From assembly GCA_965116335.1 (NCBI GenBank), contig OZ220677.1, positions 228,131 to 292,130 of the forward strand: a DNA stretch of 64,000 nucleotides, in the 5' to 3' direction. Of the stretch, positions 46,501 through 58,500 are shown piece by piece. This DNA comes from Arenicellales bacterium (lineage in GTDB: Bacteria > Pseudomonadota > Gammaproteobacteria > Arenicellales > Poriferihabitantaceae). Below the pieces are notes generated by a model. It had not been told where the DNA came from. It was given only the letters and a program-made list of their open reading frames with translations, and made no database searches. Every line of letters begins with the position of its first letter. Position 1 is the stretch's first letter. Made by a program: the position numbers and the translations under genes.

Positions 46501-49500
46501 TGACGGGCGTGGCTGCGGCAGACTACCGCCTGTTTGATTTACCGGCGCAGATCACGTTCCGTGCGCCTGACTATGTGCAGACCTTCGGGCTGCTTGCGCG
46601 GTATGACGAGGCCGATGAGTTCAACGAGGCACTGACGGTTGGCTTTGGCAGCGGCTTCCCGGCTACGTTTGACCAGGGCACGGAGGCGAGCGTGACGATC
46701 ATTGACGCGAATCCGACAAAAGTGACTGTGCTCGCTGGTGAAGACGATATGGTCGATCTGGTCGAGGGCGACGAGACCGGTGTGACGGTCACTCTGAGCC
46801 GTGCACTGGCCGCTGGCGAGACGGTCACCGTGCCGCTGACAGTAGCCGGTACGGACGTCGACGCCAGCGACTACACACTTACGCTGGATTCCGGTGCTGT
46901 CAACCCCGGCGTATCGCTGAACACATCGGCACCGTACAGCGCCGCGCAGCCTGCCGTAGTATTTACCGGCTCGGACGATGCGGGGGTGACCACGGCTGCG
47001 CTTTCTTTCGCGGTGGTCGATGACGGCGTGGCGGAAGGCCGCGAAGTGCTCACTCTGTGGATGGGTACACTGGACAGCAATCTGGATCGCGCGAGCGGTA
47101 CGGGTGCGGATGGCACGGTCGCTGGTGGCACCCCGGTACTCATCCGGGTACGTGACCTGGCAGTATCCGCCACTGCTCCTGCGGTGAAGGTCAGTCCGAG
47201 CTACCTGGAAGTGACAGAGAACGGTACGCCGGGTCTCTACTACGTGTGGCTGGCCAGCGACCCGGGGCAGGCGGTGACGGTGAACCTCACCTCCGGCGAT
47301 GCGACCAGAGTGCGGGTTGAACCTTCGCAACTCACCTTCACATCAAGCGGAGAGACGATCTGGAGCCAGCCGCAGGCGGTTCGGGTCACCGCCCGCCCGG
47401 ACGCGGATGTCATTCAGGGCAATAACGTTACCATCACCCATACGGTGAGCGGCTATACGGGCGTTTCATCGGTGAGCGATGTGATCGTCAGACTGCGTGA
47501 TGCCGGGCACGGGGTGATAGCATCGAGCCGCACGCTTGACGTATCCGAAGGCGGTACGGCCGAGTACAAACTGCGTCTCAAGAGCCAGCCGACCCATGCG
47601 GTGACGATTACGCCACGGGTTTCTGATAGCGGTCAGGTACTCAAAGCGGGTGCGGCGGTGACCTTCCAGCCCAATGAATGGAATACAGACAAGGCGATTG
47701 CGCTATCCGGGCTGTCGCCGGGGCGTGCGACCGTGCTGCACGAGGTCTCTTCAACGGACACAAATTACGACGATATGAGTGGTATCGTGCGCATCGGCGT
47801 GACGGTTGCAGCGGCACCTTCGCGCATCAGCGGCGCGAGTTTCACGATTGTGCCGGTGGCAACCCGTGTGCCCGGTGGTACGGCTGCAGCCTTTACCGTG
47901 AGTGCCGCCAATGCGCTCACCGGCGAGGTAGCGGTTGAGGTAGTAATCGGTGATGTCGGCGGTGTAGTGGCTGCCGGTGAGTTCCTCAGCCGCAAGCTGA
48001 TTGTGCCGGCGGGCGGCAGTGCGACATTCAATGTCAAGACCCGCTCCTTCACCGAGGATCGTCCAGACGGCGCCATCACTGCGACCCTGGCCAGTCGCTA
48101 CGGCGGCGCCAGTGCCCGGATTGCGGTGGTTGACAATATCGCGACGGCGGTATCGCTGGTGCCGGGCAAGAAGTCAAGTCTGCTTGAGCAGATGCCGGGC
48201 GACAAGGCGCAGGTGACGGTGATGCTGGCGCGCGACCTGGTCGCCGGCGAGGTAGTGGATGTGCCGCTGGTCTTTGCCACGACCGACGGCGTGGCCCTGC
48301 CGGGCGCGGCGCAACCACACATCGCGCTCTCTGCGAGCGGAACCGGCGTGACCCTGATGGATGCGACGACCGCCTCGCCGAAGTTGCGTTTCACCGGCGG
48401 TGCGGGAGACGAACGGGTTGCCACTGTCGAGATTTACGCGACCACCGAGGACGATAGCAATTTGACCGATGATGCATTCACGGTCACGCTCGGTGATCTG
48501 GACGCGGCGACACTCGGCACCACGGTATCGGGCGGCGCGGTAGCTGCTGCGGGCAGCAATCTGGCGACGTTAACCCTGGTTGACAACGATGCCTTTGTGA
48601 CCGTCTCGGGTGCTCAAGCGGCGGAGGGCAGCGACGTGGAGTTCGCGGTGACGCTACCCAATCCGGCACCGGCGGGCGGTGTGACGGTGGGCTACACGCT
48701 GGCAGACGGCACCGGCGGGGCGGTGTATTCGCGGGCCACGACACCGGATGATTTTGGGGGGCGCAGTGGCTCGCTGGAGATAGCACAAGGCGCATCGAGC
48801 GGCACGATTTCGGTGGCGACAGTGGATGACAATGTCTACGAGTCGGATCACCATTTCGAGGTGCGCCTGACCTCGACCACACACGGGACGCTGCACAGCA
48901 CGCACTATCGTGCGACCGGCACCATCGAAGATGATGCCGATACGCCGGTGTTCGGATTCTTGAGTGGGCTGCACCGGGTGACCGAGGGCGACCGTATTCT
49001 GGTCAGCGTTGCGCTCGGCGGCAGTACCACCTCGCTGGTGCCTGCGACGTTGCACTACGCACCGGCTGGTGATGGCGACACGGCTGCGGCTGGCGACTAC
49101 GCCGGTGCAAGCGGTATGCTCACCTTTGCAGCGGGCGCGACCCGGCAACAGGTTACGGTGCGCGCCATCGACGACAGCGTCCATGACATCGACGAGCATT
49201 TCACGGTGGTTCTGACGGCCGGCGAGCACGCCAGAGTCAGCGACACGCAGGTTGCCCCGTTCGGACGCACGAAGATCGAGATTGCCGATAACGACCCGGT
49301 CAAGGTCGGCGTCGAGGCACCCGATGAGGTGCGTGAGGGCGAGACCGTGACGTTTACGTTGCGCCCTGATATTACGGTGGAGAACGATCTCAACTTGAAG
49401 GTGCGGATCACGCAAGGCGGCGATTATGTGACCCCGACCGAGATCCGGCAGTACGACGTGGTATTGAAGGGCGGCACGGACAGCGTATCGCTGTCGATCA

Positions 49501-52500
49501 GCACCTCCGACATCGACAGCCATGAGACCGATGGCTGGGTGCGCGCCACGCTGTTGCCGGGCGCAGGCTACGGTATTGATGCCAGTCGCTCGCGCGCGAC
49601 GGTGGTCATCGACGGGGCTGAGCCGAGCGTGAGCCTCCGTGCTGTGGCGGGCGAGGTAATCGAAGGCAACGATGCCGAATTCACCGTGAGCACTGACTTT
49701 GCGCCGGCGCGCGATCTGGATATTTCATTGAGGGTTGTGCAGGACGGCGATTACGCGGCGAACGGACAGATCGGCAGCAAACAGGTCACCCTGAGCGCCG
49801 GGCAGACCGAGGCGACCTATGCAGTGCAGACCGATGACGATGCCGTAGAAGAAAGTCCCGGCTCGATCACCGTCAGCCTGGTGCAAGGCGCAGGCTATAA
49901 GGCAGACGCCGAGTCGCAGCCAGCGAGTATTGCGGTCATTGACGACGAGACCCCCGAAGTGCGCATCGAGGCTTCTGATGCACAGGTCACCGAAGGCGAC
50001 TCGGCGACCTTCACCGTGCGCTTGCTGGCCTCGATTGGCTCCCCGGTGACGGTTGCCTACCAGGTGTCGGGCACCAGCGGCTATGTCACGGCTGCGACCG
50101 ATACGGTCGTAGTGCCGACCAGTGGCAGCGCACAGATCACGGTGCCCACGGTCAATGTGCCGGGCGATACGCCGGATGGTGAACTGACGGTGGCGGCTAC
50201 CACCGGCGCCGGCTATCGGCTGACGGAGGGCAGTACGCACACCATCGAGGTGGCTGACGATGAGCCGACTATCGTATCGATCCGCGGCAGCGGTTCGATG
50301 ATCGAGGGCAATACGGCAAAAACCGCCGAGTTGACGGTGACCCTGTCGCGCAGCCTGGTCGAAGGCGAGAAGGTGACCGTGCCGTTGCGTTTTGCAACCA
50401 GGGAGAGAGACTTCCTGTCCGGTGCGCTCTCGCGCCGCGATGTGGTGGTGCACGCAGCCGGCGCCAACATTGCCAGGCTCACCGACACCCAGCAACTGGG
50501 CTCGGGTGTGCGTCTGTTCGGTCCGTCCAGTAAGCAACTGGCGGGCCAGCGCACGCCGCCGAACGCGGCCAACTATGCGGTCGAGTTCACGGGCGGTGCT
50601 GCGACCCCAACCACAGCTACGCTGAAGCTGACCGCAAGAGCCGAGCGCACGCCCAATGACGAGAAGGATGCGAAGATCAATGTGAGCTTCCGCTCGTTCA
50701 GTTCGGCCGCGCTGACCAATGTCGGTGGCGGCATCCAGGCCAATAGAGGACATAACAGCGCACTCTTTATCGTTGAAGACAAGGATAAGCCGGACACCAC
50801 CGCGCCGCAGGTGAGCTCGATCACCAGGCAGTTGCCGACCACTACCCCGACCCATGCCGACCAGTTGACCTGGCGGGTGACATTCAGCGAGCCGGTGGTC
50901 AATGTGGACGCGGCGGATTTTGTGGTGGCGGGCACGACCGCCTCGCTGAGCGTATCGCAGGTCTCATCGTCGGTTTACGATGTTAGAGCCTCAGGCGGCA
51001 ACCTGGCCAGCCTGAATGACACGGTGACGCTGGGCTTTAACGCCAGCCATAACATCGCCGACGCCAACGGCAACGCGCTGGCCGCGAACCCGACGCCCAC
51101 CGGCAGCCATGACAATACCTTTGTGGTCGACAATACGGCACCGACGGTAACGATTACAGTGCCCTCGACGAGTGGCGCGATTTCAGGGGCGGTGACGGCG
51201 ACGTTCACCTTCGACGAGGCGGTGAGCGGGTTTGAAACCAGCGACATCGCGGTCACTAACGCCGCAGTATCGGGCTTTGCGCTCGACACTGCGGACACGA
51301 TCTGGACGGCGACGATCACGCCGAACGTCAACGGCACGCCGGTGACGGTCGATGTGGCGGCCAACGCAGCCGATGATCGGGCCGGCAACGGCAGCGCCGC
51401 GGCGACGCAGGTTAGCGTGAACTACACCAAGACACTGGGTGCGCCGGTCAGCTTCACGGCGACCCCGGGCGACGGGCAGGTATCGCTTGCGTGGTCGGCG
51501 CCGACTGGCAGTGCTGGTACTGCGGCGGTGAGCAAGTACCAGTACCGCTACCAGGCGGGCGCGAGCGTCACCTCGGCCACCTGGACCGATATTGCAGATG
51601 GCACCGATGCCGGCAACAGCGCAGGCGACGAGACCTCGGTGACGGTGACCGGGCTGATCAACGGCACCCAATACGCCTTCGAACTTCGAGCGGTCAATGC
51701 CGCAGGCGATGGCGATGCGGCAACCAACACGGCGACGCCGGTGCCTTCCGGCGATATTGCGGTGACGTTGTCGGCTGAGTCGGGCGATCTGGCTGAGGAC
51801 GGCAGTGACAAGGTCGTGACGGTGGAGTTGAGCCGTTTGCCAGCGGACGGTGAGAGCCTGGAGGTGCCCCTGACGTTCGGTGGCACGGCGCAGCGCGGCG
51901 TGGATTATGCGGTCAGCGCCGTTGTATCGGAAGTGACCGTCATCTCCGAGGACGGCGTCGGAGTGAAGCAGGCTGCGAACGGCGTGACCTGGACTAATCT
52001 GGCCTCCGGTTCGGCTTCGGTGACGTTTACTGGCGGGTCGGGGAATGCGGTCAGCGCGTCGTTTAGAATCGAGACGATTGCAGACGCGGTAGACGAAGGG
52101 GCGTCGGAGACGGTGACGGTAGCACTTGGCGACTTGGGCGAAGGCGCGACCGGTTCCGGTTCATTGAGTTTTGCCATCACCGACGACGACACGGCGGGTG
52201 TTGCGGTGGATGCGTCGTCGTTGTCTACGGTGATCTCAGTCGGCGGTGAGGCTTCGTATACGTTGCGTCTGACCAGCCAGCCGCTCGGTACGGTAGCGGT
52301 GACGCCGACCAGCGATGATGCTACCGTGGTTGCGATTGCCTCGATTGCCGGCACCCGTGACAAGTGGGCGGTATTCGATGCTGACAACTGGAATGAGGCG
52401 CAGACGGTGACGCTTTCGGGAGTCGCCACTGGCGGCCCGGTAAATGTGAGCCATGCGGTGACGTATGCGGCGGGCGGCGGTTACGGCACGGATCTTTCGA

Positions 52501-55500
52501 TTGACGGGGTTGCGGTGACGGCGGTCAAGCCGGTGCTGAATCTTGCGCTGTCCCGGGATACGATGGCTGAAGGCGATTCGGCTGAGTTGAAGTTGAGCGT
52601 GACTGGTGCGACTCAGGCTGTGACGGTTGCTACGGCCAATTTGCTGTCGGTGACGGGCGTGGCTGCGGCAGACTACCGCCTGTTTGATTTACCGGCGCAG
52701 ATCACGTTCCGTGCGCCTGACTATGTGCAGACCTTCGGGCTGCTTGCGCGGTATGACGAGGCCGATGAGTTCAACGAGGCACTGACGGTTGGCTTTGGCA
52801 GCGGCTTCCCGGCTACGTTTGACCAGGGCACGGAGGCGAGCGTGACGATCATTGACGCGAATCCGACAAAAGTGACTGTGCTCGCTGGTGAAGACGATAT
52901 GGTCGATCTGGTCGAGGGCGACGAGACCGGTGTGACGGTCACTCTGAGCCGTGCACTGGCCGCTGGCGAGACGGTCACCGTGCCGCTGACAGTAGCCGGT
53001 ACGGACGTCGACGCCAGCGACTACACACTTACGCTGGATTCCGGTGCTGTCAACCCCGGCGTATCGCTGAACACATCGGCACCGTACAGCGCCGCGCAGC
53101 CTGCCGTAGTATTTACCGGCTCGGACGATGCGGGGGTGACCACGGCTGCGCTTTCTTTCGCGGTGGTCGATGACGGCGTGGCGGAAGGCCGCGAAGTGCT
53201 CACTCTGTGGATGGGTACACTGGACAGCAATCTGGATCGCGCGAGCGGTACGGGTGCGGATGGCACGGTCGCTGGTGGCACCCCGGTACTCATCCGGGTA
53301 CGTGACCTGGCAGTATCCGCCACTGCTCCTGCGGTGAAGGTCAGTCCGAGCTACCTGGAAGTGACAGAGAACGGTACGCCGGGTCTCTACTACGTGTGGC
53401 TGGCCAGCGACCCGGGGCAGGCGGTGACGGTGAACCTCACCTCCGGCGATGCGACCAGAGTGCGGGTTGAACCTTCGCAACTCACCTTCACATCAAGCGG
53501 AGAGACGATCTGGAGCCAGCCGCAGGCGGTTCGGGTCACCGCCCGCCCGGACGCGGATGTCATTCAGGGCAATAACGTTACCATCACCCATACGGTGAGC
53601 GGCTATACGGGCGTTTCATCGGTGAGCGATGTGATCGTCAGACTGCGTGATGCCGGGCACGGGGTGATAGCATCGAGCCGCACGCTTGACGTATCCGAAG
53701 GCGGTACGGCCGAGTACAAACTGCGTCTCAAGAGCCAGCCGACCCATGCGGTGACGATTACGCCACGGGTTTCTGATAGCGGTCAGGTACTCAAAGCGGG
53801 TGCGGCGGTGACCTTCCAGCCCAATGAATGGAATACAGACAAGGCGATTGCGCTATCCGGGCTGTCGCCGGGGCGTGCGACCGTGCTGCACGAGGTCTCT
53901 TCAACGGACACAAATTACGACGATATGAGTGGTATCGTGCGCATCGGCGTGACGGTTGCAGCGGCACCTTCGCGCATCAGCGGCGCGAGTTTCACGATTG
54001 TGCCGGTGGCAACCCGTGTGCCCGGTGGTACGGCTGCAGCCTTTACCGTGAGTGCCGCCAATGCGCTCACCGGCGAGGTAGCGGTTGAGGTAGTAATCGG
54101 TGATGTCGGCGGTGTAGTGGCTGCCGGTGAGTTCCTCAGCCGCAAGCTGATTGTGCCGGCGGGCGGCAGTGCGACATTCAATGTCAAGACCCGCTCCTTC
54201 ACCGAGGATCGTCCAGACGGCGCCATCACTGCGACCCTGGCCAGTCGCTACGGCGGCGCCAGTGCCCGGATTGCGGTGGTTGACAATATCGCGACGGCGG
54301 TATCGCTGGTGCCGGGCAAGAAGTCAAGTCTGCTTGAGCAGATGCCGGGCGACAAGGCGCAGGTGACGGTGATGCTGGCGCGCGACCTGGTCGCCGGCGA
54401 GGTAGTGGATGTGCCGCTGGTCTTTGCCACGACCGACGGCGTGGCCCTGCCGGGCGCGGCGCAACCACACATCGCGCTCTCTGCGAGCGGAACCGGCGTG
54501 ACCCTGATGGATGCGACGACCGCCTCGCCGAAGTTGCGTTTCACCGGCGGTGCGGGAGACGAACGGGTTGCCACTGTCGAGATTTACGCGACCACCGAGG
54601 ACGATAGCAATTTGACCGATGATGCATTCACGGTCACGCTCGGTGATCTGGACGCGGCGACACTCGGCACCACGGTATCGGGCGGCGCGGTAGCTGCTGC
54701 GGGCAGCAATCTGGCGACGTTAACCCTGGTTGACAACGATGCCTTTGTGACCGTCTCGGGTGCTCAAGCGGCGGAGGGCAGCGACGTGGAGTTCGCGGTG
54801 ACGCTACCCAATCCGGCACCGGCGGGCGGTGTGACGGTGGGCTACACGCTGGCAGACGGCACCGGCGGGGCGGTGTATTCGCGGGCCACGACACCGGATG
54901 ATTTTGGGGGGCGCAGTGGCTCGCTGGAGATAGCACAAGGCGCATCGAGCGGCACGATTTCGGTGGCGACAGTGGATGACAATGTCTACGAGTCGGATCA
55001 CCATTTCGAGGTGCGCCTGACCTCGACCACACACGGGACGCTGCACAGCACGCACTATCGTGCGACCGGCACCATCGAAGATGATGCCGATACGCCGGTG
55101 TTCGGATTCTTGAGTGGGCTGCACCGGGTGACCGAGGGCGACCGTATTCTGGTCAGCGTTGCGCTCGGCGGCAGTACCACCTCGCTGGTGCCTGCGACGT
55201 TGCACTACGCACCGGCTGGTGATGGCGACACGGCTGCGGCTGGCGACTACGCCGGTGCAAGCGGTATGCTCACCTTTGCAGCGGGCGCGACCCGGCAACA
55301 GGTTACGGTGCGCGCCATCGACGACAGCGTCCATGACATCGACGAGCATTTCACGGTGGTTCTGACGGCCGGCGAGCACGCCAGAGTCAGCGACACGCAG
55401 GTTGCCCCGTTCGGACGCACGAAGATCGAGATTGCCGATAACGACCCGGTCAAGGTCGGCGTCGAGGCACCCGATGAGGTGCGTGAGGGCGAGACCGTGA

Positions 55501-58500
55501 CGTTTACGTTGCGCCCTGATATTACGGTGGAGAACGATCTCAACTTGAAGGTGCGGATCACGCAAGGCGGCGATTATGTGACCCCGACCGAGATCCGGCA
55601 GTACGACGTGGTATTGAAGGGCGGCACGGACAGCGTATCGCTGTCGATCAGCACCTCCGACATCGACAGCCATGAGACCGATGGCTGGGTGCGCGCCACG
55701 CTGTTGCCGGGCGCAGGCTACGGTATTGATGCCAGTCGCTCGCGCGCGACGGTGGTCATCGACGGGGCTGAGCCGAGCGTGAGCCTCCGTGCTGTGGCGG
55801 GCGAGGTAATCGAAGGCAACGATGCCGAATTCACCGTGAGCACTGACTTTGCGCCGGCGCGCGATCTGGATATTTCATTGAGGGTTGTGCAGGACGGCGA
55901 TTACGCGGCGAACGGACAGATCGGCAGCAAACAGGTCACCCTGAGCGCCGGGCAGACCGAGGCGACCTATGCAGTGCAGACCGATGACGATGCCGTAGAA
56001 GAAAGTCCCGGCTCGATCACCGTCAGCCTGGTGCAAGGCGCAGGCTATAAGGCAGACGCCGAGTCGCAGCCAGCGAGTATTGCGGTCATTGACGACGAGA
56101 CCCCCGAAGTGCGCATCGAGGCTTCTGATGCACAGGTCACCGAAGGCGACTCGGCGACCTTCACCGTGCGCTTGCTGGCCTCGATTGGCTCCCCGGTGAC
56201 GGTTGCCTACCAGGTGTCGGGCACCAGCGGCTATGTCACGGCGAACACCGCTACGGTCACGGTGCCGACCAGTGGCAGCGCACAGATCACGGTGCCGACT
56301 CGCGCTGTGTCAGGCGATACGCCGGATGGCGAACTGACGGTGGCGGCTACCACCGGCACCGGCTATCGGCTGACGGAGGGCAGTACGAGTACCATCGAGG
56401 TGGCTGACGATGAGCCGACTATCGTATCGATCCGCGGCAGCGGTTCGATGATCGAGGGCAATACGGCAAAAACCGCCGAGTTGACGGTGACCCTGTCGCG
56501 CAGCCTGGTCGAAGGCGAGAAGGTGACCGTGCCGTTGCGTTTTGCAACCAGGGAGAGAGACTTCCTGTCCGGTGCGCTCTCGCGCCGCGATGTGGTGGTG
56601 CACGCAGCCGGCGCCAACATTGCCAGGCTCACCGACACCCAGAACCTGGGCTCGGGTGTGCGTCTGTTCGGTCCGTCCAGTAAGCAACTGGCGGGCCAGC
56701 GCACGCCGCCGAATGCAGCCAACTATGCGGTCGAGTTCACGGGCGGTGCTGCGACCCCAACCACAGCTACGCTGAAGCTGACCGCAAGAGCCGAGCGCAC
56801 GCCCAATGACGAGAAGGATGCGAAGATCAATGTGAGCTTCCGGTCGTTCAGTCCGCCCGCGCTGACCAATGTCGGTGGCGGCATCCAGGCCAATAGAGGA
56901 CATAACAGCGCAAGGTTCATCGTGGTCGACATAGATCGGTCATCCCCGGCGGCGATGATGCTGACCGTGGATGCGGATACGGGGACGGCTGGCGAGCAGG
57001 ACTCGGTGGCCGAGGACGGCGTGGCCAGGACAGTTCGGGTGACGGCGACGATTGACGGCCAGGCGCGTTTCAGTTCGGACCAGTCGGTGACGGTAAAGGT
57101 CGGTGAATCCGGCGACAGTGCCACCAAAGGAACGGACTACACGAACATTGGCGACCAGACCATCCCTATCAGTGCCGGCAACGCGAGCGGTTATGTGGAC
57201 TTTGTGCTGACGCCGACCGTAGACGTGCTGGATGAGCCGGCAGAGCGGATCAGTCTCAAAGGCACGCTGAGCGGTGTGACGTTTGCCAACACCGGCATCA
57301 CGATCACTGACAACGATGCGACGACGGTGACACTGGCCGGTGACCCTGGCGATCTGACCGAGGGAGCGAGCAAGGATCTGCGCGTGACGCTGGGGCGCGG
57401 ACTGGTCGCAGGCGAAATCCTGGAAGTGCCCCTGACGTTCGGCGGCACAGCGACCCGCGGCACCGACTACACGCTGACCGGCACCGCCGCAGCCGGAGTT
57501 GCCTACAGCAATCTGAACAGCGGCACGGCAACGGTGACCTTCACCGGCGCGGGCAGCGGCGCGACAGCGACCGTGGCCACCCTCACCTTGACGGCGCAGA
57601 CAGACGGCGTTGTCGGGAACACTACCGAGACCGTCGATATTAGGTTGGGCACACTCAACGCTTCCGGCCTGGACGGTGGCACAAGCGAAACTGACAGTCT
57701 CGCCGAGTTCGATATTCTGGATTCTGGCACAGGCGTAACGGTGTCTGAAACCAGCCTGGTGCTCACCGAGCTGGGCGTATCCAGTGCGGTTGAGAAGACC
57801 TATACGTTGGTGCTGGCAAAAGATCCCGGGGCTAACGTGGAGGTGACGATCACTTCGGGCGACCCGACGGCGGTTTTGGTGGACGCCGATGCGGACCAGG
57901 TGGGCGATCAGGGTACGTTTACCTTCACCCACGGCAATTCGGGCAACTGGAACGATCCGCAGACGGTGACGGTGCGCGCGGTGAACGATGGCGATGCGAC
58001 GGGCGAGACGGTGGCGATATCGCATGTCGCTGCGGTGTCTTCGGACAGAGGCAATCCCTATCATCAGATTCCGGTAAGAGACGTGTCGGTGACCGTTACT
58101 GACGCTGGACGCGGGGTGACGGTTTCGGCTGCCAGCCTGTCGGTATTCGAAGGTGGCGGTGCTGCCAGCTACACTCTGGCGCTGATAAGCGATCCGGGAG
58201 GCACGCTGGAAGTGACGCCGGCGAGCGATGCGACCAATGCTGTGGTCAGCGGCGCACTGACCTTCAATTCAAGTGACTGGCGCAGCCCGAAAATAGTGAC
58301 GGTGACCGGCAAGCAGGCAGGCTCGGCCACCATCTCGCACACCGTTACCACGCCCACTACGGCCTACCCGGCGAACACGATGATCGATCCGGTGACGGTC
58401 TCTGTAATCGCCGATGGTGCGGCTCCCCGTCACGGCATCACCTTCATCGAAACCGACGGCGAAACCACTGTCGCAGAACATAACGGGCCGGATGCGCAGG

